A DNA stretch of 64,000 nt from Octopus vulgaris (GCA_951406725.2 OX597817.1:5580001-5644000); one strand, 5' to 3'. Counted from the first letter of the stretch, positions 12,595 through 26,665 are shown. Made by a program: numbers and translations. The notes: generated by a model from the sequence alone, not told the origin.

Positions 12595-13293
12595 CAGAGT
12601 GGCCATAAAGTCAAGCACGAACCTGCAATATGTGAAATTTCTAACATACCCTTTTTTAAAAATCTCTTTTCACAACTTCCGATATTACTCACAAACCAAT
12701 CTTCATTGGATGGAGGCAGAGACTCAGCAAGGCGGGGGCAAGTTAACGGTGGGGTGTAGGATTTGGCACAATCAAGTAATTGGACCATTTTATTTTTGGG
12801 GCTCTGTAACAGGTGATTTGTATCTGGACATGCTTGGCCACAAGATGAGGCCTCACGTGCATTCATTTTGTAGGGGAAATCCTGTCTGGTTTCAGCAGGA
12901 TGGGGCTCCACCCCATTATGCATTACAGGTTAGTGATTTTCTGAATGAACATTTTCCAGGGAGCTGGCTTGGTCGTCCGGGCCAGTTGAATTGGCACCTC
13001 GGTCACCAGATTTAACTCCCATGGACTTTTTCTTCTGGGGCTACGTTAAATCCCTTGTGTATTCTCAAAAGACTTGTGACCAAGGACATCTTCAAAGAAC
13101 TGTTGAAGCTCGTGAACAAGTCAGCGGCAATAAAGAGCTATTTGAGAGGGTTCATCGCAATTTCAAATTCTGGATGTACACTTGTTTAGGGCTACATGGC
13201 CAACAATTTGAACATTTGCAATATATTACCTACTTCATTGTGAATAATGCATACTTGATATCTCCCATGATGCGTGACTTTGTTTCTACCTTG
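12595..13293 (+). mobile_element. Internally deleted Tc1/mariner transposon, DD41D (rosa/Visitor-type), transposase pseudogene
   Basis: WFQQDGAPPH..FLNEHFPGSWLGR..W/APRSPDLTPMDFFFWGYVKSLVY across a 1-nt frameshift near 12993; 41 residues between 2nd and 3rd D after repair; degenerate TIRs (TA)CAGAGTGGCCATAAAGTCAAGCA / TGCGTGACTTTGTTTCTACCTTG(TA). Confidence 0.9.
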
Positions 13294-15934
13294 TATATTT
13301 GGTTTTCCCATCCTGCCTCTCTTTAATCAACTGTGTATATTTTGTATTTACATAACATTATGAACTATTTGTTAATCGAGTTATTTTTATGTTTCTTATA
13401 TTCTCAAAATTCGAGACTAGTTTTTAATCTTTCATATTTCATGTTTTATATAATAAACAAATCATGAGTTGTAAGCATGCGATTTAATCATTTTAGCTAA
13501 ATCAGAGTGGGTGGCGGTAATGTAAACGACGGTAAGGGAATATGAAATCGGGTATGGACTTCCCTGGAGGAGGATATGAAATTTCATCTTGATTTCTTAT
13601 TGAAATCTAATCTTGAAGTTATCTGAAATAAGGGCTGCTTGAAGTCATTACTCTGAATATCCGTGAGTCAATATTCCACAAACACTCTTTCAAAACGCTA
13701 CTGTTTATCTTCTTCTATAGGGCTAATAAAATAAGAACCAGTTAATAGCATCCTGGCATCAGTTTAACTGGTTATTTCCTAATTTTTTTCCCCTTAAAAA
13801 AAGTTTTTTTTAAACTTGACCATCACTTTGCTTCAGATAAATCTGTATTATATGCAGAATGTAGTAGAGTGCCAGAGACTGGGATTGAAACCCTTGCAGT
13901 ATCGAGTTTGTTCTGCTAAATTCTGTTTATTTAGTACTTGCAGTTTATCCAATCGATTGTAAATCTTCCTCAACGAATCTGTACTTGTGCTCCCTCCCTC
14001 CCACCTTCTGTCATCTTTGACTTTCATCCTCTTGGGGGTCAATAAATTAAATACCAGTTAGGCCCTGGGGTCGATATAACCGACTATCCTTCTTCCACCT
14101 CCAATTTCCAGGTCTTGATATTGATATTATTACCATCATCTTGGTATAACGATTATAAATTCTACCAACCATGCTACTTCGTACTGAACAATCGTGGAGG
14201 TTGTTGAATATGCATAAGGTTTGATTAAATAACTTAATCGAGTAGTTTTTGTCACACAGCTCTGACCTTCAATTCTATTGACAGTAACTCCATCGATGGA
14301 ATAAATAGCTTTACAATCATTGTGGGTGGAAAATGATTGAGGAAATCCACCGCATTACCGAAGATTAACCTCCAGTTTCGCTTGTACCACCTTTTAAATA
14401 GAAAAGTATCAACCGTCTCGGTTTGCTTTTTCTAATTATTTTTGATAATATGTTGTGTTCAAATATAAATCCAAACCACGTCTTTTTGGAAACTTTCTAC
14501 CACTCTTCAGCATAGCTACGAAGTGGTTTCTTGGATGATATCATATTCTTGCAGCCTATAAGGCGCATGCCTTATAGGTTCAGATCCAATGAATGTGTTC
14601 CTATTGTTTTTAGGTAGTTCCATCTACATGTAGGCAATATACAGTAAAAAGGTTTTTAGGAAAATAGTCACGTGCTAAGAACAGTGATGAGAACTTTTTG
14701 ACCCTGTATGTCGAAATTATAATTCCTCTAATAACCCAGATATTGGAGTGTTAATCACACATGCATATGTATTCTAATTTCAGGGAAATACTTGCAGATA
14801 AAATTATTGCATGATGTTGCAAGTAGATTTATTTTTTCACTATCCTTCGCGTGTCTCCGAAAATTTAGCGCGTCAGAGATTCGCCATTACAGTTGTAGAA
14901 AATCGCTGTGCATAAAGAGAGAGAATTCTCTGGTATTTATGTTTCTGTAGTTTCCTGGTTCACGAAAGACGTTGGCAATATTCAGTGAAATAAACGGCAA
15001 TCTCTTCCTACTAGCTGACGGTTCCTCAGCCATTTCAGTGAAGGAAGCCTCCATTGTTTGCCCCACTTGCTAGAAATAGTAAACAAATCTCCATTCACAA
15101 CTTGTAAAGTGACATACAATTTGAGAGAGCAATGGATTTTTATTTTGTTTTTTTTTTTGATAAAATCGGCTGGGTTACTTTCGGTCATAGTACTGCAAGG
15201 TTATAGTTCACTTGCGGCTAAATAAATTAATTCATAAACCAAGTGTTAAAATTCCCTCAGGAAGGGAGGTAACCGTACCACTATGGTTCTATTCTTTCTC
15301 ATGTTTAGACATGAATATGGATGCTACTACGATGTTAGTTATAGACTCCACTGGAACGCCTCCATGGTCATTCGACTCTCTAAAGTTGTGCCTATATCTC
15401 CCTCCACCCTCAACATATTGCCTCGGAGAAGTGACAATAATTACAATATAGCACAAGCTACCAAGACAGGGAAATTCACAGGTGAGAAGGCCGTTGATCT
15501 TAACCTGAAGCTAAACAATAATAATAGAAATGAAACTATTATTTGAAGGAAACAAGAGAGATTTTATTATATAGTGAAAATAGGAATGACGCATTAGATA
15601 TTGCAGTCTTTAGATACCGCTTTAATACGACTGTTATGGTGAGAGTACATATTTTCAGAGCTGACTTTGGCGCTGCACAGTAACACCTACCTCCCACTAC
15701 ACTACTAACATCATAAATTATAGTATTACTACTAACACGATAAGTAATAGTCTGACTACCACCTGTGTCACCACAACCAATAGCACCACTTCTATGAAAA
15801 TTATAACTACTACCACTACCACCACCCACAGTTTTAACCAACGTCACTGAGAACACCTACCACCGTGACAACCAATAGAAACACAATCACTATCGTCGGT
15901 CCTTAGTGCTATCACGACTATAGGTCCTTATACC

Positions 15935-16165
15935 TATTTCTTTATTACCCACAAGGGGCTAAACACAGAGGGGACAAACAAGGACAGATATAGGTATTAA
16001 GTCGATTACATCGACCCCAGTGCGTAACTGGTACTTAATTTATCGACCCCGAAAGGATGTAAGGCAAAGTCGACCTCGGCGGAATTCGAACTCACAACGT
16101 AACGCAGACGAAATACCGCTAAGCATTTCGCCCGGCGTGCTAACGTTTCTGCCAGCTCGCCGCCT
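15935..16165 (-). mobile_element. SINE family 1, full length
   Basis: Complete element with 16-bp TSD TATAGGTCCTTATACC at 15919-15934 and 16166-16181. Confidence 0.9.
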
Positions 16166-16639
16166 TATAGGTCCTTATACCAACATGAGTACCACCGCTA
16201 CCACTGTTGGTTCTTATAGTGATACTAGACCACCATCGCCAGTTGTTTTTATTGGCCGCCGCACGAAGAATCTTTACGACGGTTCTTAACTTCACCATTA
16301 ATGTTTATCCCAGTCCACATATAAAAAACAAAAAAACAAAAAAAAGACAAAGCCAGGAAGCACCTAGACTAAAAAAAAAAAAGCTTGCGCTAACACCACA
16401 ATGAGGTATCCATGTCGGTTAATAAAATATTCCCGCCCAGTTGATGTTGCTATGCAATCTTCGGTATATTTAAGGGGTATCTGATATATATTTTGTGTCA
16501 TATTGCAAATGCAATTGCTAATATTGGCAATAACAGCTGTATATAACAAAGTGGATGCCGACTGCTAAAGGTGTACACGCGTGACTATGTAGACACACAC
16601 ATGCGCACCCACACTACATCCATGCACAAATGTACACAA

Positions 16640-16778
16640 ACACACACATATATAATATACATGTCCATACACACACACATAAATATAATATACATGTCCA
16701 TACACACACACCTATATAATATACATATCCACACACACACACACCTATATAATATACATGTCCATACACATACACAAA
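16640..16778. repeat. Minisatellite, unit about 30 bp (ACACACACA..TATAATATACATGTCCAT), about 4 copies
   Basis: Repeated TATAATATACAT(G/A)TCCA separated by (CA)n. Confidence 0.8.
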
Positions 16779-17116
16779 CGTGAATTGATGCAGGAAATGT
16801 TCGTACGTGGTCATGTGTTCACAATATAGAAATTTGTATAATGGCAGTATATATATACACGTAAACATCCAGCTTATTACAAGTATGTAATGCGTTGTCT
16901 GTGTCACTGTTTGTGCATCCAACTGTTGCAATAAGCTCAATTCTTATTGATTGTAAATCACAAGTAAAAATTTATACAGAAATGCCACCCACGTGAAGAA
17001 TTATCTTTACTGAGGTACCATCTGTGCATGTGCGAGAGCAATATACTTGTGTATATATACATATGTATGAATAAGTAATGTACACACGTTTGTATGTGTA
17101 TTTGAACCAATATGCA

Positions 17117-17150
<34 letters not shown>

Positions 17151-17188
17151 AGCCATACGATTCTCTGAATTCACATGCTATACAACTC

Positions 17189-17222
<34 letters not shown>

Positions 17223-17936
17223 ATTATAGATATACAATACGTACGTGTGCGCACGCACGGGTACTTCATGAGACAATTATGTTTTATATATATTTCACCT
17301 GTCTTTTTCTCCGATGGTATACAACTCATTTTCCTTTCCTTACTGTTTTTTTTCCTTTTGTATTAATTTTTTTTTTATCTCCCTAAGTTTTTGTATCTTT
17401 GATAATTTAAGCATTTCCCAAAACCAAATACCTGACTGCTAAATTCTCTTATGACATTAGCTACTAACATATATATTTATTTATGAGCTATAGGTATCGC
17501 TTTTTTCTGTATAGTGCTGTGTTAAATGTTTGCCGAAAATTACATTTTCGCTCGTGTTCATGTGTATTGTATGCAGGAGTTGAGGTATACGAACGTGTGA
17601 AACGTTTACCCTCTGCATGCCTTGCGAGATTAAATCTGTTTTAGAATCCCCTTTTTTTCTGGGTAAAAATTATCATCATTCAAGAATGTATCCCATGGGT
17701 CTGTAATGATTGCATGTTATTGTTTTTACTTAAATGTGTTAAAAAGATTATAAAATGGTGTTAAGATGTAGAAAACTGCATTTGTCTTTAAATACAGATA
17801 CATACTGAATGGTACCGATTCTTCATTGCAAAATGTATTTGCTAAATTGTTACATTTCACATATTGTAAAAGTAAATCCGGAGTTATTCTGGAATGTTCG
17901 ATGGTATGTTTGACGGTGTGCACTGAAACAGTAAGT

Positions 17937-18240
17937 GGTGACACATGGCCTAGTGGTTAGAGCAGTGGACTCGTGGTTGAGACATCGCAGGTTCGAATCT
18001 CAGACCGGGCGAGGTGTGTTTTTATGAGCAAAACACCTAAGCTCCGCACAACAGAAGGTAATGGCGATCTTCTGCTGACTCTTTCGCCACAACTTTCTCT
18101 CATTCTTTCTTCCTGCATCTAGCAGCTCACCTGCGACGGACCGGCGTCCCGTTCAGTTAGGGAACCTATACGTCAATGAAACCGGGAAAACGGTATTTAT
18201 AAGCCAGGCATATTTCTTGAAGGAACAAACAAACAATAAC
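17937..18240 (+). mobile_element. tRNA-headed SINE family 4 with (AAC)n-type tail
   Basis: CACATGGCCTAGTGGTTAGAGCAG..GGTTCGAATCTC head; homologous to 49465-49770; degenerate TSD ACTGAAACAGTAAG / ACTGTAACAGTAAG. Confidence 0.85.
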
Positions 18241-19261
18241 TGTAACAGTAAGATGGCCTTTCTAGATTCACTATCTATAAAACTAAGCGAGTTAACTCTG
18301 CAATTGACCTGGTCCTCTTTCCGTGACACAAAATTCATCGATATAAAACGGCATTTATTGCAAGATTGATTTAGTTCATGTAGGTATCGCAGGGAGAATG
18401 ATGACCAAGTATTTTCTCTAATAGATTTGATATCACTCTTTGGTACGGAGAATAAATGTTAAAAAATGGTCTCAGTATGTAGTGAAGGTTTTAGCTGGCC
18501 ATATTGATGTTGTACGATTTTCAAACATCAATGCTATGATGTGTGTGTTTCTTGATCTGATAAAGTGTATGTAATATACTGAGCACAGTGGAATGGATTT
18601 AATTCATTGAAAAGTTCTTCTTCTTTATTCTCTCTTGTAAACTGGATCTGCTATTTCGTGGATTTGCTAATAAAAAAGAAAGCTTCATAACAGTCCGGGT
18701 GCAAACGCGTCATCCACTGCACTTGGCGCAAAAAGGATCACAGTGGCTTTTCAGGCAAACGTGTCGTAATGTAATGTCAGGAAAAGGACTTTTAGCGATA
18801 ACTTAACAAAAATTTAAAAAAACCCAAAAAAACTTCAGAGTGAAATGCATTTAATAACACGACTAAAAAAAAATTAAAAATCGAGCGTTTGACGTTGAGT
18901 CTTTTGCCGGAGAGACCTGAACTGTTAAAAGTGATAGGAGATTGAGGGGATAAAGTGAGAAAAATCATTAAAGCAGTGAAAATGTGAAGGATGGGGAGTA
19001 GCAATGCGGAACACGGGTTGGTAGAAGAGGGTCGGTCAAAACGGGGAAAGAAAGACGGAAGCTGGTTTGAAAAAACGGTTGAGAAGTGCAAATAGTGAAA
19101 AATCACTCGTCTATAGCAATTTTAATATTAAGCGGCGAAACTCATGGGAAAGCCATACACACATTTGCGCATGTGCAGATGTGCACATGCATACAACCGA
19201 ACATGACCACATCCGCATGTGTGTGTGTGTCCACAATCACATACTTACCTGATAATTTTCT

Positions 19262-19296
<35 letters not shown>

Positions 19297-19687
19297 GGAG
19301 TGCACGATCAAACATATTGAAGTGTCAGGTCACAATTTTATTACGTTTTCAAGTTCTTAGGGGTCAACACTTGACCACATAAGAATGGTCACAAATGAAA
19401 CGACAGCAAGGGTTACGTGTTCAATTCCAGATCAAGAGCACTCATGGTTGATAAGTTCTCTTTGCAGTCATTTACTACCGGGTTCGATCCCAATGTGTGA
19501 AACTTTACAAAGGTATCTTCTTGTATTAACTTACGCTCAACATCCTCTTAGCGTATATGTATGGTAGACGGGAAATCTGTAGAAGCACATCACCTACGTG
19601 TGTGTATGTATGTGTGTGTTCCTGTCTATATACCTGTATGTATGTGTATATGTAATAAATGTACGTGTATATATATATATATATATA

Positions 19688-20092
19688 TTACTCTCTTACT
19701 TGTTTCAGTCATTTTGACAGTGGCCATGCTGGAGCATCGCCTTTAGTCGAGCAAATCAACCCCAGGACTTATTCTTTGTAAGCCTAGTACTTATTCTATC
19801 GTTCCCTTTTCCAGAACCGCTAAGTTACGGGGACGTAAAGACACCAGCATCGGTTGTCAAGCGATGTTGTGGGGACAAACACAGACACACAAACACACAC
19901 ACACACACACAGATGTATATATATATACACGACGAGCTTCTTTCAGTTTCCGTCTACCAAATCCAGTCAGAAGGCTTTGGTCGGCCCGAGGCTATAGTAG
20001 AAGACACTTGCCCAAGGTACCACTCAGTGGGACTGAACCCGGAAACATTTGGTTCGTAAGCAAGCTACTTACCACACAACCACTCCTACGCC
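19688..20092 (-). mobile_element. tRNA-headed SINE family 3 (CORE-like CCTTGGGCAAGT body, internal microsatellite, LINE-type tail)
   Basis: Homologous to 36171-36575, 48852-49249, 52230-52641. Confidence 0.9.
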
Positions 20093-20094
20093 TA

Positions 20095-20370
20095 TTTCTA
20101 AACATGAGAAAGCTTTCCATAAAATTGTTGCCGAAATACCTGAACGCAGATCAGAAGCACACCAGAGTGACGACATCAAAGACGATTTTCGACCGGTTTG
20201 CAGCGGGAGAGGCTGATTTTATTGTGCGTTTAGTTACAGTTGATGAAACTTAAGCCTCATCATTTTGAACCCCAGACAAAGCAGCAATCTAGGGTGTGGA
20301 GCCATAGCAGTTCACCGCGTCCCAAGAAGTTTCAGACCCAGAAATCATCTGGAAATATTTTGGCTTCTGA
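20095..20370 (+). pseudogene. Mariner (DD34D-type) transposase fragment
   Basis: LNMRKLSIKLLPKYLNADQK..R...RLVTVDET* followed by frameshifted HFEP.TKQQSRVW..SSPRPKKFQTQKSSGNILAS, matching the mariner WVPK / VTGDETW / KSAGKV region. Confidence 0.85.
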
Positions 20371-20377
20371 AGTGTAT

Positions 20378-20382
20378 ATATG

Positions 20383-20422
<40 letters not shown>

Positions 20423-20476
20423 TATAAATATAAGTGTTATATATATATATATACACACCTTATATATATATATATA

Positions 20477-20516
<40 letters not shown>

Positions 20517-20601
20517 GTGTGTGTGTGGTATATAATGTAGTATATATATGTATATATATATATATATAGTGTATATATATATATATATATTATATAAATA
20601 T

Positions 20602-20636
<35 letters not shown>

Positions 20637-20637
20637 T

Positions 20638-20672
<35 letters not shown>

Positions 20673-20716
20673 TAGGTGTTATATATATATATATATAAAA
20701 CTTATATAAATATAAG

Positions 20717-20750
<34 letters not shown>

Positions 20751-20923
20751 CTTATATTTATATAAGGTATATATATATATATAACACTTATATTTATATA
20801 AGATATATATATATATATATATAAGATATATATATACTATATTTATATAAGGTATATATATATATATATATATATCACTTATATTTATATAAGGTATATA
20901 TATATCACTTATATTTATATAAG

Positions 20924-20969
<46 letters not shown>

Positions 20970-20990
20970 AGAGAGAGAGAGAGAGTAGTA
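20378..20990. repeat. (TA)n-rich compound satellite with TATATAAATATAAGTG units in both orientations
   Basis: Direct reading; TATAAATATA(A/G)G units followed by their reverse complements CTTATATTTATATA. Confidence 0.85.
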
Positions 20991-20997
20991 TATATAA

Positions 20998-21308
20998 CGT
21001 ATTCTTCGTCGACAACCAGGAGAATTCATCTACCAAGCAATTGCCCCAGCTCCCCTTCAGGTTTGGCGAAAGCGATGTGGTGGACAACGAAAAACCTGGT
21101 TGATGACAGTCAAGGCTGATCTGGAACCCAACCTAGGCCCCCATATCTACGTCGTTCGCCGCTGGAATAAGGAGTGGTTGCAGATCACGCGGTCGTTAGC
21201 CTCAAATCGCCAGGTCTGGTCGGCGTTTGTGAGAGATGCAGCATTGAGGATGAATGAAGCCAGCTCAACCCACCCCGGGTGAATGCTGTAAGAAGAAGAA
21301 GAAGAAGA
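20998..21308 (+). mobile_element. 5'-truncated RTE-clade LINE 3' end with (GAA)n tail
   Basis: RILRRQPGE..WRKRCGGQRKTWLMTVKADLE..LASNRQVWSAFVRD..* resembles the RTE ORF C-terminus (GHxLR, RxRGxxRKTW, AxDRxxW); AAGAAGAAG tail after the stop. Confidence 0.8.
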
Positions 21309-21309
21309 T

Positions 21310-21594
21310 AGCTGAATAGGTAAAAACATATATAAATGTGTTCAGGCAATGAAAGTGGGATGGTTCTTTGTTCGTTTAGTATTTGGCTTTATTAGTTGAT
21401 TTGGTTGAATCGTGGCTGTTTTTTTTTGTTTACTTTTTGTTGGTCAGATATTTTTAGCCCATTTACAGACAAAAGTCATTCTAAAATTGTTTTTTAACGT
21501 AAGCATGCCTTCAAACAAGTCGAGTGATTACACAGGGCAGGTTTTACAGTTACATCATCCAAATCAACCGGGTGAAACCGGCATTAGCTGCTAG
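21310..21594 (+). mobile_element. Helitron-like 3' portion
   Basis: Hairpin CCGGGTGAAACCGG then GCTGCTAG|T; 5' end not resolved. Confidence 0.55.
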
Positions 21595-22894
21595 TATATG
21601 TATGCATGCATGCATGCATGCATGTATGTATGTATGTATGTATGAATGAATGAATGAATGATTTTTTACTTTTGGAAATGATTAAAACATCGATTTAATT
21701 CAGAACTAAATATATCCTAATATTATTATTATTTGTTTGGCCAATGTGCATGGTGTCCAAGGTACTTAAATACCACTGCATACATACACACAGACACGTG
21801 TGTGAGTGTGCATGCATGTATGGAGTGGCATTAGTGTGGGATGACCGACTGAATTATCTCCTCTTATTTAATAACCAATGATAATTTCATACCTTACGAC
21901 ACCGATCAAATGAATATTAGGCAAAACAGACGAGTCAATAAAATTGATTAAATCTGGGAAGTAGTAATCAACATGGACGTAGTTCTTTGACGGAATGCAT
22001 TACCAGAATAATGCTCTTACATTCTACGTGCAATTGCTTCGCTTCTACTTTACACGACTGTATTTAATTGGTAGCACTTCTTTCTTATGGAAGAAAACTA
22101 ACGACCTCCTCAGAAAAGGGGTTGATATTTCAAGGATCGAAATCGCGACTGGAACCAGGGATCTTTGGTCATTAATATTCTTTGGGTTGGGGAAACTACC
22201 ATTTTGAACTGGTTGCAAATCTTGGTATTTCTCTGGTATCGCCAACCCCCACTTCGTATCCATTTCTTTATTTTCGAAGGTAGGTGGAATGGTCAGGGTT
22301 TGGTAATATAAGACTTTAGTCTTTGGCGAGCTGTATGGTGCTTAGTTGTGTGTAGTATGTTGAGGATTGCTGACTGCGTGGGCGGTTATTTCTGGAATCT
22401 CTAAAGATAATAATAATAAAGAATTCTAGAAATTCTTGGTTTACTGCTTGTTTTTACATTGCTTTTTTATTTGTATTTTTGGAGTTTTCCATTTTTACTT
22501 TTTCGGAATTCCAAACGTGGAAGAATGACTGAAAGTGGCACAAACTACCCAAGGCTTCTTTTACTGACACAACATTTACATCTACACTAGCACAGCACTA
22601 TACCAACACAGCGAACACCTAAGTAAATACTAATTTCCCTATTAATACTGCCCTTCTTTTATCACATAATTCTTAATCGAAAACGCTGTCTCATCGTTAT
22701 TCGTTTTGTTTGACCTACTAGAAACAACACTCAGATCGTTTTCAAATCATCTTTTCCTCATCATCCTATAAAGTGAAGGACCGACTAGATAATGTAGTCT
22801 GTTGTCTCGAAAGAGATGTGATGATAACAACTTGAACGACGTGACTTCGATCATAAGTTTGCTTGTTCAGTATGACCCCGGATTAGACAGAACC

Positions 22895-23118
22895 TATTTC
22901 TTTACTACCCACAAGGGGCTAAACACAGAGGGGACAAGAAAGGACAGACAAACGGATAAATCGATTATGTCAACCCCAATGCGTAACTGGTACTTATTTA
23001 ATCGAACCCGAAAGGATGAAAGGCAAAGTCGACCTCGGCGGAATTTGAACTCAGAACGTAACGGCAGACGAAATACGGCTACGCATTTCGCCCGGCGTGC
23101 TAACGTTTTTGCCTGCTC
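22895..23118 (-). mobile_element. SINE family 1
   Basis: Reverse complement of the family consensus from TATTTCTTTACTACCCACAAGGGG to the head. Confidence 0.9.
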
Positions 23119-26100
23119 ATCAAATCACACTCTATGTCAACAACACTGAGTCTCTTTGAAAGGATAACTTGTCGTCGGAATATGATACATCCATAACGAA
23201 CCATCAATCTATTATATAGAACTAAACCTGGTACCGTTTTATGCGCCCTGCAAAATGATTGTAGTCAAAATTGATTCTGCTTGATTTGAATTGCACGTAA
23301 AAAAGTCTAAGCAAGCACAACGAGTGATATCCCCGTTGCGCTACTGTTTGCACCTCCCGCAACGTTGATAATATAAATAATAATAATTGTAATTATAGTT
23401 TGGGAATCAGGCACAAGGTCAGCCGTTTTCTGGGAACGTGGTTAATCGATACCATCAACCCCAATATTTAACATATACTTTATTTTATCGAATGCGAAGG
23501 GATGAAAGTCAAGCTTGACTTCAAGAGGGGTTTAGCTCAGAATGTAAAGAGTCAAAAAACAAATACGATGAAATGTTTCGTCTAATAAACTAACGATTCC
23601 TTTTCATTTCATTTATTCTCGCCACTTCACAAATATTGTTCAAAAGATTTTAATTTTTTTCCAGAGATTTGTATAGTTTACACATTGCTGCGCTGCAAGA
23701 AAATTATAATCCTCGCCTACGTTGCCCCTTATGGTATTGTATGCGTCTTTCATGGCACAGTTTGTTTTGTGTGTAGCTCTTAGTGCCAGTTATACACTGT
23801 AAGCTTGTCGGCATTGAATTTCTTTCACTATCAGCGTAATCCCACACATAATCACTCGCCCTATCAAGTAAAAATACTTTATGTAAATAATCCACTGGAA
23901 AATCCTTTCAGACGTAACCTTCGTATGTGCTCGATATGCTAGAAATAGCACCCTCAAATTACACGTTGAGGGGCAAGTTGCCTGAAAAATAAGATGAGAT
24001 GATTACGGCTGGCTTAATGCTAGACAAGAACTACTTTCAGATTTCTTGACGTTTCATATTTGCTGTAATTTATACATTTAATGTACTTTAAATACGTGGG
24101 TTTACTCCAAATATATTTCGTGCGTTTGAAATCGTCTCGTATTCAAATGAAATACACAGCAGCAAAAAAAAAAAAAACCTAAACAATGAAACACGGCTGT
24201 AGGAAACCGATTGCTTTTCATTCAATGAACTCCTGAAAGGAGGTTAATTTAAATTTTCCAATCTATGATGCCTTGGCACTTTTCTTCTATTACAATTATG
24301 TCACTGTGTAGAAGATGTGATTTTGAAGTAATAGGAATTTCTAAGTCAGGTTTTATACTCGTAGTTAATTCAGTTATTGGCCTCAGAGGAAGGAAAAACA
24401 AAGCGAATCACCAGTGCCATTTGAAATCAAGGACAGATTTTCTATGTCACTCTACCGATTTTGCTATCGCTGCCATCTTTGTGATCATGATGCTTCTAAC
24501 ATATGTACAATAGTCGATTGAACTGATCAGTTCATTACTGGTACTATTTCATCGATCCTGGAAAATTCAAAGTTAGGTTCTAACTGTGAGCGTAAAAAAT
24601 GACGAGATTAAATATTCTGATAATCTATCCACATTTTTCCCCTACGAACGATTTACGAATTAAATATTAAGAAGTAAATGAATAATTATTGTATTTGTAC
24701 TTTTCACCCTATTTTATTAAAAGCAAAGACATTTTAGTGGTTGAAGATAGACGTAGCTGTGTAATTTTGGCTTCATTACTTGATTGGTACTTATTTTATT
24801 GACTCCTAAATTCTGAAAAGCAAAATCACATGTGGTAGAATTTAGAATCGGATGAGAAAAAAGAAAAAGGTCTTGTGAAATAGCAGAAAAGAGATGCTAG
24901 GATCAACCAAAGGAGAAGGCCATTGCTAGGATACTGTATTTGCTTTGCTTTTTATCTATTGTCAAGTTACTTATTCTCAAGATCGTTATTTAGTTCAAAA
25001 GAAAGCTTGCATAACACATTTATATAAAAGCAGTATCTTTGTGAAATCGCCGAATGTTTCCGTAGGCTCAGAATGCTGAAATTCTACTTGAGAGATGAAA
25101 AAAAAAATACCTTTTATTAGGGAGTTGTTAGTCGATGGGCTACAAATCCACCTCGTGAATATCGAAATATAACAGTGGAAATAAGTTTCTCTATACTGAA
25201 ACAACGGAAGGGAGCCTTCACTAATGCTTCTCAAACTTTTTTTCACCTGCCACCACTTTTCTTTTACAGACACTATTTGAAATCCCCCCTCCCGACTGCA
25301 ATTCACTGCCCTCCTTCCTTTTTAATACACGGACACGAAATATCAGCCCGGAATAATCTTATTCTGGGTACTAATTTGATGCGGGTCAATACTTACCACA
25401 GCACCACCTTATGAAAATCAAATATTTGACACATCACTGATTCATCTTTATTACTGATCCAGCCTTTAACATGTGATTTCTTCCAAACTCAGGCACTGCT
25501 CCATATATACGCATGTAGCTATCAGTTGAAAATCCTCTTCTATATTTCGATTTATAGCTGTTGTTAATGTCCTTGTGACTGTAACGTACATGCATTTCAT
25601 CATAATATTACATGTAGACATTTTTGAAGTTAATATTTAAAGAGAAGGCAGAGATTTAAAAAGAAGAACAAATTATATAAAGGCTGCAAACTCTCTCACT
25701 TACAAACTTCTTAGTCCTTAGTTCATATAAATCTTTTTACGCTTTCTACGATCGTTTGATCTGCTCGAAATAGCAAAATCTCCATCCAATTGCTACACTC
25801 TTTAATAAATAAAGAAGGATAGTATTGACAATGTAATTAGTACCTGATGTACAACAAAAGATGTAAAACCTTTGATCATAAATCTACTCAATCTGAGAAG
25901 GGTTCTAGTTAAACATCAGTGTCTCTGATAAGTGTGTCAAGCAAGGCTTTCATTCACTGCTAGGTATTTGGAGAATGGAAAATATAAGCAAAGAAAATAC
26001 GAGATGGTGATGTGAATGTCAAACTATGATGATGGTGATGGCTGTTGACTTTAGCGATGTTTATTATGTTGTATTTATGAGAATGTTTGATGATGATAAA

Positions 26101-26125
26101 AATAACTCCAGTATTTCCAACTCAG

Positions 26126-26212
26126 CCTTTTTTTTTCTATTTTTCAGGTAAGTCACCGGCAATTTTTGATTGTTCACTTTGTCACTAACTTGCTGAAAAT
26201 TTCTGGGTAAGT
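26126..26212 (+). other. Candidate recursive splice site (zero-length exon) with downstream cryptic RS-exon
   Basis: CCTTTTTTTTTCTATTTTTCAG|GTAAGT (junction 26147/26148) and a second donor TGG|GTAAGT at 26206/26207. Confidence 0.55.
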
Positions 26213-26229
26213 TGTTGTTATTATTATTA

Positions 26230-26631
26230 AGGCAGGATCTGGCAGAATCGTTGCACGCCGGGCAAAATGCTTAACAGCATTTCGACCGCCTTCACGTTCT
26301 GAGTTCAAATTCTGCCGAGGTCAACTTTGTCTTTCATCCTTTCGGAGTCGATAGAATAAGTACTATTTGATTACTCGGGTCGATTTAATTGTTTCGACCC
26401 CTCCTCCAAATGTGTCTATAGTAGAAAGGATTATTATTAAGGTGGTGTCAGATTCGTTAGGATGCCGACAATGCTTAGCAGCATTTCATCCGTTTTGACT
26501 TTCTTAGTTCAAATTCCGCAGAGGTCGACTTTGTCTTTGATCCTTTCAGGGTCGATAAAATAAGTATCAGTTGAACAATGGGGTTAATGTAATCGGCTTT
26601 CCCTCCTCCAAAGTTGTTGAAATTTGAAACC

Positions 26632-26632
<1 letters not shown>
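26230..26632 (+). mobile_element. Two tandem diverged SINE family 1 copies separated by (ATT)n
   Basis: GGCAGAATCGTT..GAGTTCAAATTCTGCCGAGGTC..CTTTCATCCTTTCGGAGTCGAT, repeated in degenerate form. Confidence 0.75.

Positions 26633-26665
<33 letters not shown>

Noticed and set aside
14556-14579. Palindrome CCTATAAGGC-GCAT-GCCTTATAGG as a double CArG box
   Set aside because: Only five A/T between CC and GG; a 10-bp stem alone is weak and may be a transposon relic
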